A model generated the notes under the pieces. It made no database searches, was not told where the DNA came from, and saw only the letters and a list, made by a program, of their open reading frames with translations. Positions 9,007-17,772 of a DNA stretch of 42,325 nt are shown in pieces. The translations under genes and the position numbers were made by a program. Origin of the DNA: an uncultured Candidatus Saccharibacteria bacterium (GTDB taxonomy: Bacteria; Patescibacteriota; Minisyncoccia; Sungbacterales; HO2-52-23); contig CAYHON010000003.1 of NCBI GenBank assembly GCA_964358425.1, forward strand, positions 1 through 42,325, given 5' to 3'. The first letter of the stretch is position 1. The number at the start of each line of letters is the position of its first letter.

Positions 9007-11147
9007 AAAATATTTCGATTGTAATTCCGGTACATAACGAAGAAGAGATTATAGAAGGGGAGGTTAAGGGAATACTCACTAGTTTGGCCAAAGAATTACC
9101 CGCCTTAGATTATGAAATCTTACTCGTGGAAAACGGCAGTAAGGACCGTACCAAGCAAATCGCCGAAAAACTCAGCTCTGAAGTTCCCAGAATAAAAATT
9201 ATCTCCTTGCCGCTTCCAAGCTATGGTGGGGCACTGAAGACTGGTATTTTGCGGAGCCAGGGAGACGTGGTGGTCATTTTTAATATAGATTTTTGGGATA
9301 TCGTTTTCATTAAAAAAGCTTTAAATATTCACGAAAAATGGGATTTGGTAGTTGGTTCCAAGAATGCTCTCGGAGCCGAGGATTTGCGTTTAGTCACGAG
9401 GCGGCTACTTACCAAATTTTTTAATGTTTTTTTACGTGTCTTTTTTGGATTCCGGGGTACCGATACTCATGGAATGAAAGTTATGCGTCGCGATAAAGTA
9501 TCTTCTATCGCTGAACGATGTCGTCCAAATAAGATGCTTTTTGACACAGAACTGGTTCTGCGGGCCCAGCACAAGGGCCTGATTATTAAAGAAATTCCGG
9601 TCGTCTGTGAAGAAAAAAGACCCAGCACGCTGATACCCAGTAGCCCAATTAAAATTATAAAAACCGGGTTTAAGGTTTTAAAAGATTTAACGATTATCTT
9701 TTTTTCTTTATATCTTGGCACGGCTAGGCAAAGAATGGCTTGGGGGGCTTTGTTTTTTAGCATAGCCTTTGTTTTCTTTTTTTCTTGGCCGACCCTAACT
9801 ACTAAACCAGCGGTCTGGTATGACGAGGGGATAAATATAGAACTAGCTCGCAATTTTGCTGAATTTGGTAAGCTGGATTTAATAACCGAACCTCTCCAGT
9901 TTACCGGACAGGGATCTCTCATCGGATCTACTGGATATCCCGTTACTATACCTTTGGCCATCTTCTTTAAAATTTTTGGTTTTGGTTTTGCGCAAGCCAG
10001 GGCCTATATGCTTCTCTGGATGACAGCGGCATTAATAAGTATCTTTTGGTTTGTAAAAAAGATATGTGGAGAGGCCGAGGCTGCCATGGCGCTTTTATTG
10101 GTGGTTTCTTTTGCCTCCTTTTACGGTAATGGCCGGAGCGTGATGGGGGAGATACCCGGTCTCATTTTTATGATCCTGTCTCTGGGCTGGTTTATTTCGA
10201 AAAAAAGTTTAATGGTCTCAGGAATTTTTCTGGGGCTGGCGGTGGTAAGCAAGCCCTCTGTGTTTATTTCGCTCATCCCAGCCTGGATTATATTTTTAGC
10301 CTGGAATAAAAAAGATTTTTTAGTAAAAGTTACTAAACTGGGTATCGGTTCTTTTCTGCCCTTCTTAGTTTGGATTTTTATTTATTTCAATCAAGTTTTT
10401 TCTCTTGATATTTGGGAAAAATTACAAGATCATCTTTCTAACCCCTATAAAGAAGCCGGAATATCCTCTTGGTCTAATATTAAGAACAACCTAGTTGGTT
10501 TTTTCTATACTCCCACTCTGGTTTATTTCTTATTCTTTATGATTCTGATAGTTTTAGCCGTATTTTTTGACAGGGATTTTTATCGAAGAAATCGTTTTCT
10601 GTTTATGGTCTCCGGCTGGTATAGTCTTTCAGCTTTTTTATTTTTTTTGAAGAGCCTGGGTTATCTGCGATATTTAATCGCCGTGGAGTTGTTAATCCTA
10701 ATGTTGTTACCCGCCTCTTTAATAAAAATTGCGGAGTATATAAAAAAGCCCAAACTTCCGGTCGTCTGGGTTCCAATTACCCTTTTAGTTTTAGTAGTTT
10801 TTCAATTCGGATATTTATTCACCCGAGCTAAGCTTTTCTACTCGGATAGTCCGGAGAAGACGATTAAGTACATAGAGAATAATTTTCCTAACCACAGCAT
10901 TGGAGTTATAAATATACCGCCCGTGGCCGCTTTGGTTCCTCCGGAAAAAAGATATCAGACCATCTCTTCTTATGGTCTGATGGGTGTTGGTTTAAATCCG
11001 CTGTCTTTGGAAAAGGATAAATTGCCAGGAATTATAGTATTGGAAGACGTGGCCACGCTTGAAGATGATTATAAAATAATACTCTCTAAGTTCTATAAAC
11101 AGGTAAACATCCCAGGTAATAAAGATGTGGTGTATTATAAATTATAA
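9003..11147 (+). CDS. Fusion of an N-terminal GT2 (DPM-like) and a C-terminal GT-C (ArnT-like) membrane glycosyltransferase
   Basis: About aa 1-235: ISIVIPVHNEE, VENGSKDRT, DTHGMKV, FDTELV; from about aa 245: TM helix, WYDEG motif and multiple further TMs; one open frame. Confidence 0.82.
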   Translation: MKNISIVIPVHNEEEIIEGEVKGILTSLAKELPALDYEILLVENGSKDRTKQIAEKLSSEVPRIKIISLPLPSYGGALKTGILRSQGDVVVIFNIDFWDIVFIKKALNIHEKWDLVVGSKNALGAEDLRLVTRRLLTKFFNVFLRVFFGFRGTDTHGMKVMRRDKVSSIAERCRPNKMLFDTELVLRAQHKGLIIKEIPVVCEEKRPSTLIPSSPIKIIKTGFKVLKDLTIIFFSLYLGTARQRMAWGALFFSIAFVFFFSWPTLTTKPAVWYDEGINIELARNFAEFGKLDLITEPLQFTGQGSLIGSTGYPVTIPLAIFFKIFGFGFAQARAYMLLWMTAALISIFWFVKKICGEAEAAMALLLVVSFASFYGNGRSVMGEIPGLIFMILSLGWFISKKSLMVSGIFLGLAVVSKPSVFISLIPAWIIFLAWNKKDFLVKVTKLGIGSFLPFLVWIFIYFNQVFSLDIWEKLQDHLSNPYKEAGISSWSNIKNNLVGFFYTPTLVYFLFFMILIVLAVFFDRDFYRRNRFLFMVSGWYSLSAFLFFLKSLGYLRYLIAVELLILMLLPASLIKIAEYIKKPKLPVVWVPITLLVLVVFQFGYLFTRAKLFYSDSPEKTIKYIENNFPNHSIGVINIPPVAALVPPEKRYQTISSYGLMGVGLNPLSLEKDKLPGIIVLEDVATLEDDYKIILSKFYKQVNIPGNKDVVYYKL

Positions 11148-11179
11148 GAAAATTTTTGTTTTTATTTCAAGATTTAGTC

Positions 11180-11208
11180 TTGACATAATTTGAGCATAAT
11201 GATACAGT
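11180..11208 (+). promoter_or_regulatory. Sigma70-type promoter
   Basis: TTGACA (11180-11185), 17-nt spacer ending in TGa, TACAGT (11203-11208); GGAGGT at 11256-11261 before ATG 11267. Confidence 0.75.
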
Positions 11209-11266
11209 CATATAATAGTTATTCCTATACGACGGCTCTATTTCCTGGAAGAATTGGAGGTAATGA

Positions 11267-12091
11267 ATGCACTTTTACACATATGACTTTGCTGGACTAA
11301 AGACTCATGCGCGCGAGGCTGGTCTAAGATTCAACCGGCCATGGCAAAAGGAACTGGTCGTGGATGAGAAAAGTTGTCCTTTTTGCAAGCCAGACAACGG
11401 CCACCGAGTCTTGTTAAAAGATGATGAAATAAGATGGTATGTGATTGAAAACAAATTTCCAGCTTCTCCCGTACATTATATGGCACTTCCGGAAAAATGT
11501 TGGTCATCTGATCGTCTACGTATATTGGGCGGGGTGAAAGAAATAGAAAATGCCTTAGATTTACTTTTGAAAGTAATTGGGGGACAGTATTTTCGAGTAC
11601 CTATGCATATTGCAACTAATATTGGTACTATGGCGGGGCAAACTCAACCCCACCTCCATTATCATTTGGCTCAATATCCACTGATTAAAACCGAGTTTAG
11701 GAATACGAAAGAAAAATTATTGAAACTATATTCGCAACGATATAAAGATTTGATTTTGCGCGATAACGAAATGGTTATAGGAGTTGGGGGCGCAAGGGCT
11801 GGTCAGTGTTTTATTATTCCCCGGGATGATGAATTTGGTTCCTTGCCCACTGTTTTATCACAGGCCATATCTTGGTTAATCGAACTTTATAGTAGAAAAT
11901 TTAAGAGTACTGAAGGCTTAACCCCAGAGTTCTCTATTTGTCTCTATTTTAGAGAGGGATTCTCTTATGGGGTGTTTGTTCCTGTACTTGCTAACCATGG
12001 GGCAGCTACCGACGCTATGTGTTTACAAGAAGGGTGGCCCATTGTCTTACCTTGGCCGCACGAACTTACAGCAGAGTATCTAAAATCTTAA
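11267..12091 (+). CDS. HIT superfamily nucleotide hydrolase/transferase with a C-terminal extension
   Basis: CPFC, ENKFP, VHYMALP, AGQTQPHLHYHL (histidine triad). Confidence 0.78.
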   Translation: MHFYTYDFAGLKTHAREAGLRFNRPWQKELVVDEKSCPFCKPDNGHRVLLKDDEIRWYVIENKFPASPVHYMALPEKCWSSDRLRILGGVKEIENALDLLLKVIGGQYFRVPMHIATNIGTMAGQTQPHLHYHLAQYPLIKTEFRNTKEKLLKLYSQRYKDLILRDNEMVIGVGGARAGQCFIIPRDDEFGSLPTVLSQAISWLIELYSRKFKSTEGLTPEFSICLYFREGFSYGVFVPVLANHGAATDAMCLQEGWPIVLPWPHELTAEYLKS

Positions 12092-12116
12092 CTATCCAGA
12101 AAAAGGAGGTTTTGAA

Positions 12117-13115
12117 ATGAATACCGTTTTAACTCGCGTGCCAGTGCGCATACCACTGGCCGGTGGAGGCACGGACCTGCCTCTTTATTCTTCCCGTTTC
12201 GGAGGATTTCTCTTAAGCGCGGCGATTAACAAATATGTTTATGTCCTGGCCAATCGTCCCCAGATGACGGACACCATCAGAGTCAAAACTTCCGTTGAAC
12301 AGGAAGTTACCTGTCTGGATGAGATTAAATATGACGTTGCTCGGGAATCTCTTCGCTATTGCGGAATCAAAAATAATATCCAGGTCACCTTTGAAGGTGA
12401 TGTTCCTCACGGAACGGGTTTGGGAACATCTGGCTCATATACCGTGGGCCTGATAAAAGCCTTTTCTGCTCTAAAAGGTAAAATACTTACTTCGCAGGAG
12501 ATAGCCGAAGCGGCTTGCTATGTGGAGATGGAGATGCTCAAGCTTCCCGTAGGTAAGCAGGATCAGTATATGGCCGCTTTCGGCGGAGTGAGGATTCTTA
12601 AAATCAGCACTGAAGGCAGGGTTGACGTAGAAAATCCGCAAATTTCTTGGCATACGTTGGACAACTTGCGGGGAAGCATGCTGTTTTTCTTTACGGGTCA
12701 GAGACACGATAGCAACAAAATTCTCGGGGCCCAGAAAATCCTGGTTGATTCCGGCAATCAAGAATTATTGAATTATTACCACAAAATAAAAAGCATCGGC
12801 TTGGATATTTTAGAAGCTCTGCAAAGGGGAGATCTGATAGCTTTTGGAGAGTTACTCCACCAACATTGGCTGACCAAAAGAAACTTAGCCGGCGGGGTTA
12901 CCAATCCTGCCATAGACAGGCTTTACGACTTGGCTATGGCCGACGGAGCTTTGGGGGGAAAAATTATGGGATCCGGCGGCGGCGGATTCTTTATGTTTTT
13001 CTGCCGTCCCGGACGCCAAGAAGAACTCCGCGCGACTATGCAAAAGCAGGGTTTGCGGGAACTTTCTTTTGACTATGACTTCACCGGGGCAACGGTTGTT
13101 TATGCCAGCCAGTAA
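12117..13115 (+). CDS. hddA: GHMP kinase, D-glycero-alpha-D-manno-heptose-7-phosphate kinase-like
   Basis: PVRIPLAGGGTD, PHGTGLGTSGS, GKQDQYMAAFGG, GGKIMGSGGGGF; SD AAGGAGGT at 12103-12110. Confidence 0.85.
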   Translation: MNTVLTRVPVRIPLAGGGTDLPLYSSRFGGFLLSAAINKYVYVLANRPQMTDTIRVKTSVEQEVTCLDEIKYDVARESLRYCGIKNNIQVTFEGDVPHGTGLGTSGSYTVGLIKAFSALKGKILTSQEIAEAACYVEMEMLKLPVGKQDQYMAAFGGVRILKISTEGRVDVENPQISWHTLDNLRGSMLFFFTGQRHDSNKILGAQKILVDSGNQELLNYYHKIKSIGLDILEALQRGDLIAFGELLHQHWLTKRNLAGGVTNPAIDRLYDLAMADGALGGKIMGSGGGGFFMFFCRPGRQEELRATMQKQGLRELSFDYDFTGATVVYASQ

Positions 13116-13119
13116 ATAC

Positions 13120-13148
13120 AGCGGACAAGAAACTCTTGGCCGCTTTTT
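13120..13148 (+). terminator. Intrinsic terminator
   Basis: AGCGG-a-CAAGA-aac-TCTTG-g-CCGCT hairpin plus T-run just after the hddA stop. Confidence 0.75.
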
Positions 13149-13181
13149 ATTGTTCTAAAAATAGATGTTTAATAAGTAGGA

Positions 13182-13210
13182 TTGACCAATCGAATGTTCT
13201 AATATATAAG
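13182..13210 (+). promoter_or_regulatory. Putative sigma70-type promoter for gmhA-gmhB-tal
   Basis: TTGACC (13182-13187), 17 nt, TATAAG (13205-13210); SD AAGGAGG at 13251-13257. Confidence 0.55.
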
Positions 13211-13264
13211 TGTATCAGTTCCTTAAATCACTAACCGTCTTACTGACTATAAGGAGGAAATGCG

Positions 13265-13891
13265 ATGAGAGACAGTAATAAGGACTATATCTTCGGTTAT
13301 CTTCAAGAGGCCCAGGAAATAATTGAAAGGCTTAAGGTTCAGAAAGATGTAATTTCGGATGTGATAAAAATTCTCTTTCAGGCTTGGCTGGATAATCGCT
13401 GGGTGTTTATCATCGGCAACGGGGGGTCGGCTTCAACCGCGATTCACTTTGCGGCTGATCTGATTAAAACCACGATTGATTTGCCAGGCCAACGCGGTTT
13501 GAGAACTCTAGACCTGGTCGGCAATGTACCCCTGGCCAGCGCTACTACTAATGACTGGGGGTGGGATAAGGTTTATGACGCTCCCCTCATTACGTATTGG
13601 GAGCCGGGCAGTGTCCTGGTGGCTTTTAGTGTCCATGGCGGTTCGGGTCAGGACAGGGCTGGAGCGTGGTCCCAGAACCTTTTACGGGCAATTCAGTTTG
13701 CCAAAGACAACAAAGGCACAACCATTGGTTTCTCCGGGTTTGACGGGGGAGCCATGAAAACTCTCTGCGACAGGTGTGTAGTTATTCCCGCAGATTCTAC
13801 GCCCCAAGTGGAATCATTTCACGTTGTTTTGCACCACTTGATAGCTTTCCGCCTCAAGGAAATGATTTTTGCGCATTACCGGGGTGAATAA
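13265..13891 (+). CDS. gmhA: SIS-domain phosphoheptose isomerase (GmhA-like)
   Basis: GNGGSASTAIHFAADL, TNDWGW, GFSGFDGG, VESFHVVLHH. Confidence 0.8.
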   Translation: MRDSNKDYIFGYLQEAQEIIERLKVQKDVISDVIKILFQAWLDNRWVFIIGNGGSASTAIHFAADLIKTTIDLPGQRGLRTLDLVGNVPLASATTNDWGWDKVYDAPLITYWEPGSVLVAFSVHGGSGQDRAGAWSQNLLRAIQFAKDNKGTTIGFSGFDGGAMKTLCDRCVVIPADSTPQVESFHVVLHHLIAFRLKEMIFAHYRGE

Positions 13892-13892
13892 A

Positions 13893-14456
13893 ATGTCTCT
13901 CGCTTTGTGTCCGGCGGTCTTTATTGACCGTGACGGTGTGTTAAACGATATGGTGGAAAGAGGACCTAGTTTCTGGGTATACGGAAAAAAAGTGGCGAGA
14001 ACTGCTCCTTTCTCTTACGCGGAATTCCGGTTGAAAGATTGGGTAAAAGAAGCCTTGGAAATAATCAGCCAAGCGGGATTTTTAAGGATTCTGGCATCCA
14101 ATCAGCCGGATATCGCTTACGGCACGCTTCCGCAGAGTGAAAATGAGCGCATAATGTCGGCAATATCCGCTCTTCCTCTGGATGATATTTTTTTATGTCT
14201 TCATGGAAGAAATGACGGCTGTTCCTGCAAGAAGCCCAAACCAGGCTTGTTAATTCAGGCAGCCCAAAAGTGGGGAATTTCTCTGAAGGATTCTTTTATT
14301 GTTGGAGATGGTGAAGCTGATATGGAAGCTGGACGCTTAGCTGGTTGTCGGACGATTTTAATCAGAACCAATTACAATTCGGCAGTGATTTGTGATTATT
14401 CCGTAGATAGCTTGTTGGACGCGGCCATCTTCATAAGATCTCTGAAAGGAGAATGA
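13893..14456 (+). CDS. gmhB: HAD-IIIA heptose-1,7-bisphosphate phosphatase (GmhB-like)
   Basis: AVFIDRDGVLN, SNQPD, CLHGRNDGCSCKKPKPG, VGD; ATG 13893 directly after the gmhA stop, preceded by GGGGTGA. Confidence 0.85.
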   Translation: MSLALCPAVFIDRDGVLNDMVERGPSFWVYGKKVARTAPFSYAEFRLKDWVKEALEIISQAGFLRILASNQPDIAYGTLPQSENERIMSAISALPLDDIFLCLHGRNDGCSCKKPKPGLLIQAAQKWGISLKDSFIVGDGEADMEAGRLAGCRTILIRTNYNSAVICDYSVDSLLDAAIFIRSLKGE

Positions 14457-14457
14457 A

Positions 14458-15192
14458 ATGAGAATTTTTGCGGATACGGCGGATTTGGGAGAGATAGAAG
14501 AGGTTTTGAAACGCGGATTTGTGCGGGGGGTTACGACCAATCCTTCGCTCATCGCCAAACAGCAAGGTGGAGATTTCGAGGGGCACGTCAAAAAAATCGT
14601 GTCCCTCATTAATACCTATCAACCGGATGTGGACTTGAGTGTGGAAGTATTCTCACGCGATCTCAAAGAAATTTTAGTCCAGGCCACGCGTTTCAAAAAA
14701 ATATTTGAGTGTCAAAACTTGAGCATCAAAGTGCAAATCGGCTGGGATGAGCTGGAGGCCATTCGTTTATTGCGCAGGAACGAAATTCCCGTAAACTGCA
14801 CCTGTTGTATGACTGTCACTCAGGCGGTGATGGCGGCTGCGGCAGGGGCGCGATACGTTAGTCTGTTTGTAGGTAGAATCAGAGATGGGGGAGAACAGGA
14901 ACTATTCCTCAAAGAGAGAATAAAACTTCAGCAACGCGGGGCCTTGACCTCAGATGATTATGACCCGTTTAAGGTCATCATCTCAACACGAAAACTGCTT
15001 GATCGAGAATATCCCGGGGTGGAGATTATCGCCGGCAGTATGCGCACGGTCGCCGATATCAAAAGTTCGGCTCTCTCCGGCGCACACATTATAACTATCC
15101 CGCCGAAATTTTTCGCGGATATGGTGGGCCACTTCAAAACAGATGAAGTGATAAACCAGTTCTTTGCGGACTTTAAAAATTGGATTAAATAA
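14458..15192 (+). CDS. tal: Short (TalC/FSA-type fold) transaldolase
   Basis: GVTTNPSL, LSVEV (Glu), SIKV (Schiff-base Lys), YVSLFVGRI (Phe, transaldolase-type rather than the FSA Tyr), TIPP; SD AAAGGAG at 14445-14451. Confidence 0.82.
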   Translation: MRIFADTADLGEIEEVLKRGFVRGVTTNPSLIAKQQGGDFEGHVKKIVSLINTYQPDVDLSVEVFSRDLKEILVQATRFKKIFECQNLSIKVQIGWDELEAIRLLRRNEIPVNCTCCMTVTQAVMAAAAGARYVSLFVGRIRDGGEQELFLKERIKLQQRGALTSDDYDPFKVIISTRKLLDREYPGVEIIAGSMRTVADIKSSALSGAHIITIPPKFFADMVGHFKTDEVINQFFADFKNWIK

Positions 15193-15209
15193 ACTTTTTG
15201 GAAAAACAT

Positions 15210-15242
15210 AAATTCCTTACCGTCACGGAAGGAATTTTTTTT
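15210..15242. terminator. Intrinsic terminator, possibly bidirectional, between convergent genes
   Basis: AAATTCCTT-a-CCG-tca-CGG-AAGGAATTT plus T-run. Confidence 0.75.
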
Positions 15243-15254
15243 GGCTTTTATATA

Positions 15255-16130
15255 TTATTTCTTTTTTCCTATAAAATATATCACCGCCGAGGTTTCAACG
15301 GCACGTGGGAACAAGTCAAACAAAAGGTCAAATATTCTTAGGGGGGACAGTATCACCATAAATACATAAGTAGCAAAATTGTAAACTGTTTCTGAAAATA
15401 TGGAGAAAGGCAGAGCTAAAAAATACATCAAAAAAGTAATCAGGCCGGATACTGGTCCGCTCCTTGGCTTAACCTCCAAGGTCTCAAAACCAGAAAATTC
15501 AGTTTTCAGACCAACATGAGTCAGGCGGACATAATCATTTGGAGAGGCGTGGAAAGGCATGATGAAAGGAATGCTTGCGTATATAAAACCGCCGGGCTTT
15601 ATTACTCTGGTTATTTCAGCAATAGACCGGAAAACATTGGGTATATGTTCCAGGGTAGATTCAGTAACAATCATATCTACTGTATTGTCTTTAAAAGGCA
15701 ATGAACGGGCATCGGCGACAATATCCACGTTTTTGAAAGGAAATATATCTAAATTGATTATGTGGGGATTTATTCTTCGGGTTCCCGAACCGATATTTAT
15801 AATTATCCTATTTTTAATATCGTCGCCGAGCAATTCTCGGATGGCCCTTTGTGGGGGTTTGCCGAAGTAAGAAGCGCTGCCCACCGCATAAGTCAAAAAC
15901 TGAAAAAGCCAGGGCTGTTTTTTAATTAAAGATTTAAACTTATTTAAAGGGCTTTTAATTTCTTTTTCATATTGTTCAAAACTCTCGTGGTTTGCCACAA
16001 ACAAAGGTGAGCCGTTTTTAACGTGAAATTTTCTTTGGCATTTTAGGCAAATATATTGGTTATCTTTTTTTATCAGGTTGCCGTGATCGTTCGGACAGCC
16101 AAGTATATTGGTTTCGTCTGGAGGTAACAT
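15255..16130 (-). CDS. Class I SAM-dependent methyltransferase with an N-terminal Trm112-like Cys/His module
   Basis: GCPNDH...CLKC N-terminus; INIGSG, ESTLEH, RVIKPGG, PFHASPNDYVR. Confidence 0.85.
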   Translation of the reverse strand: MLPPDETNILGCPNDHGNLIKKDNQYICLKCQRKFHVKNGSPLFVANHESFEQYEKEIKSPLNKFKSLIKKQPWLFQFLTYAVGSASYFGKPPQRAIRELLGDDIKNRIIINIGSGTRRINPHIINLDIFPFKNVDIVADARSLPFKDNTVDMIVTESTLEHIPNVFRSIAEITRVIKPGGFIYASIPFIMPFHASPNDYVRLTHVGLKTEFSGFETLEVKPRSGPVSGLITFLMYFLALPFSIFSETVYNFATYVFMVILSPLRIFDLLFDLFPRAVETSAVIYFIGKKK

Positions 16131-16142
16131 ATAAATGTATTG

Positions 16143-16171
16143 TTTACAAATTATTTAGATTGTGTTATTTA
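16143..16171 (+). promoter_or_regulatory. Putative sigma70-type promoter for the radical SAM gene
   Basis: TTTACA (16143-16148), 17-nt spacer ending in TGt, TATTTA (16166-16171); SD AGGAG at 16216-16220. Confidence 0.45.
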
Positions 16172-16227
16172 TATATTACGTTCTTTTAGAATATTCTTCA
16201 ATGCCAGTCATAAACAGGAGACAGCAA

Positions 16228-17760
16228 ATGCGTATTCCAAAAGTTCTTTTAGTATATCCTCCAAACCAACTGATGGACGTAGAAGTTCCAAGACCCGATG
16301 GTTCTTTGGGCCTTCTTTACTTGGCGGGAGCTTTAAGAAAAGTGGGGGTGGAGGTAGATATTCTCGATGCTTCTGTTGGTGGTCCTGAAGATTTACTGAA
16401 CAGTACTTTTTATCGGCGTGTCTTACAATCAAACGGGTTAGTTCGTATAGGCATGTCGGTTGAAAGAATAGGGGAGTTTATTTCGCGTGGTGGATATGAT
16501 ATCGTCGGCGTAAACTCCAATTTTACACCGCAGACCAAAATGGCCTTGGAGGTGGCAAGAGCCGCCAAAGAAGTCGGAAATGATATCTTGGTTATGGCGG
16601 GTGGAGTAAATGCTCGTAATTTACCCGAAAAGTTTTTTAAATCGGGGATGGTTGATTTGATTTGTTCCACTGAAGGAGAGGGGGTGATAGTCAAGGCGGT
16701 ACAAAATTGGTCTAAGGGCATATCTTTGCGTGGTATACCGGGAACCATTTTTTCAGATAATGGAAACATTACCCATATCCCATTAGTACCAGACCCCGTT
16801 CTGACCAATCTTGATAACTTACCCTTTCCGGCCTGGGATTTGCTGCCTTTTGAGAAGTATGAAAAAATATCTGCTCCGCACGGGGATCCTTCGGTTCAAA
16901 AAGACGCGCGTTACGCACCTGTTATGACCTCTAGGGGTTGTCCTTTTGAATGTGTTTTTTGTCATATTTCTAAAGAAAAGGAGGGTTCCTCGGGTAATAT
17001 AGGATCTCTTCGTCTAAAATCGACTGATAGAGTCTTGGAAGAAATTCGTATATTACAATCATTGGGAGTCAAAAGACTGTTTTTTGAAGATGATAGTCTA
17101 TTGGCTAAGAAATCAAGAGTTAGACTGATTTTTGAGAAGGTTGCCAGTATGGGATTGAGTATTGCCAATGTAAACGGGGTTAATCTGGTGCATTTTTTAG
17201 TGAAGTCCGGAAGAAATTCTTACAGGATTGATAAAGATTATCTGATTATGCTAAAAGAAGCCGGATTTGATTGCATCGTTTTTCCAGTAGAATCGGCTTC
17301 ACAAAGGGTTTTGGACAAATATGCCACAGGAAAGCTTAATCACCAAAATATTGATGTGCTGGAGTTGGTGGGTATGGCCAATGAGGTAGGTATCGCCAGT
17401 CCTATCAATATAATGATGGGTTTTCCTGACGAAACGGAAGCCGAAATAATGTCCAGTATTGAGCTTGGCAAAAAATTAGTTGTAGCCGGCGCTCGTTATG
17501 TGACCTATTTCATACCGATTCCTTTCCCCGGTAGCCGACTCTTTGATATCGCTATGCGCGAGGGGCACCTGGAACCAGATTTTGACCCAGACATTATGAA
17601 TTGGAAGAGACCGGTGATGAAAAAAACTGTGGTGTCTCCAGAACGACTCATTGAACTCAGGGACTGGGCTTGGCACGAAACCAACAGACCCGACTATATT
17701 GAGCAGAGATTGAGGTCCAATATTGGATCCCGGACAGATTCTTTCAGCGCGGGACAATAA
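16228..17760 (+). CDS. Cobalamin-binding radical SAM protein
   Basis: KVLLVYPP...LGLLYLAGAL B12-domain start; TSRGCPFECVFC (CxxxCxxC); FEDD, VESAS, MMGFPDET, PFPGS; ATG 16228 chosen because it has an SD. Confidence 0.88.
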   Translation: MRIPKVLLVYPPNQLMDVEVPRPDGSLGLLYLAGALRKVGVEVDILDASVGGPEDLLNSTFYRRVLQSNGLVRIGMSVERIGEFISRGGYDIVGVNSNFTPQTKMALEVARAAKEVGNDILVMAGGVNARNLPEKFFKSGMVDLICSTEGEGVIVKAVQNWSKGISLRGIPGTIFSDNGNITHIPLVPDPVLTNLDNLPFPAWDLLPFEKYEKISAPHGDPSVQKDARYAPVMTSRGCPFECVFCHISKEKEGSSGNIGSLRLKSTDRVLEEIRILQSLGVKRLFFEDDSLLAKKSRVRLIFEKVASMGLSIANVNGVNLVHFLVKSGRNSYRIDKDYLIMLKEAGFDCIVFPVESASQRVLDKYATGKLNHQNIDVLELVGMANEVGIASPINIMMGFPDETEAEIMSSIELGKKLVVAGARYVTYFIPIPFPGSRLFDIAMREGHLEPDFDPDIMNWKRPVMKKTVVSPERLIELRDWAWHETNRPDYIEQRLRSNIGSRTDSFSAGQ

Positions 17761-17772
17761 TTTTTCCATTGT

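Noticed and set aside
16162-16227. Longer start for the radical SAM gene (likewise 5574 for the GT4 and 13869 for gmhB)
   Set aside because: The downstream ATGs (16228, 5607, 13893) have SDs or avoid overlaps and match where family homology begins.
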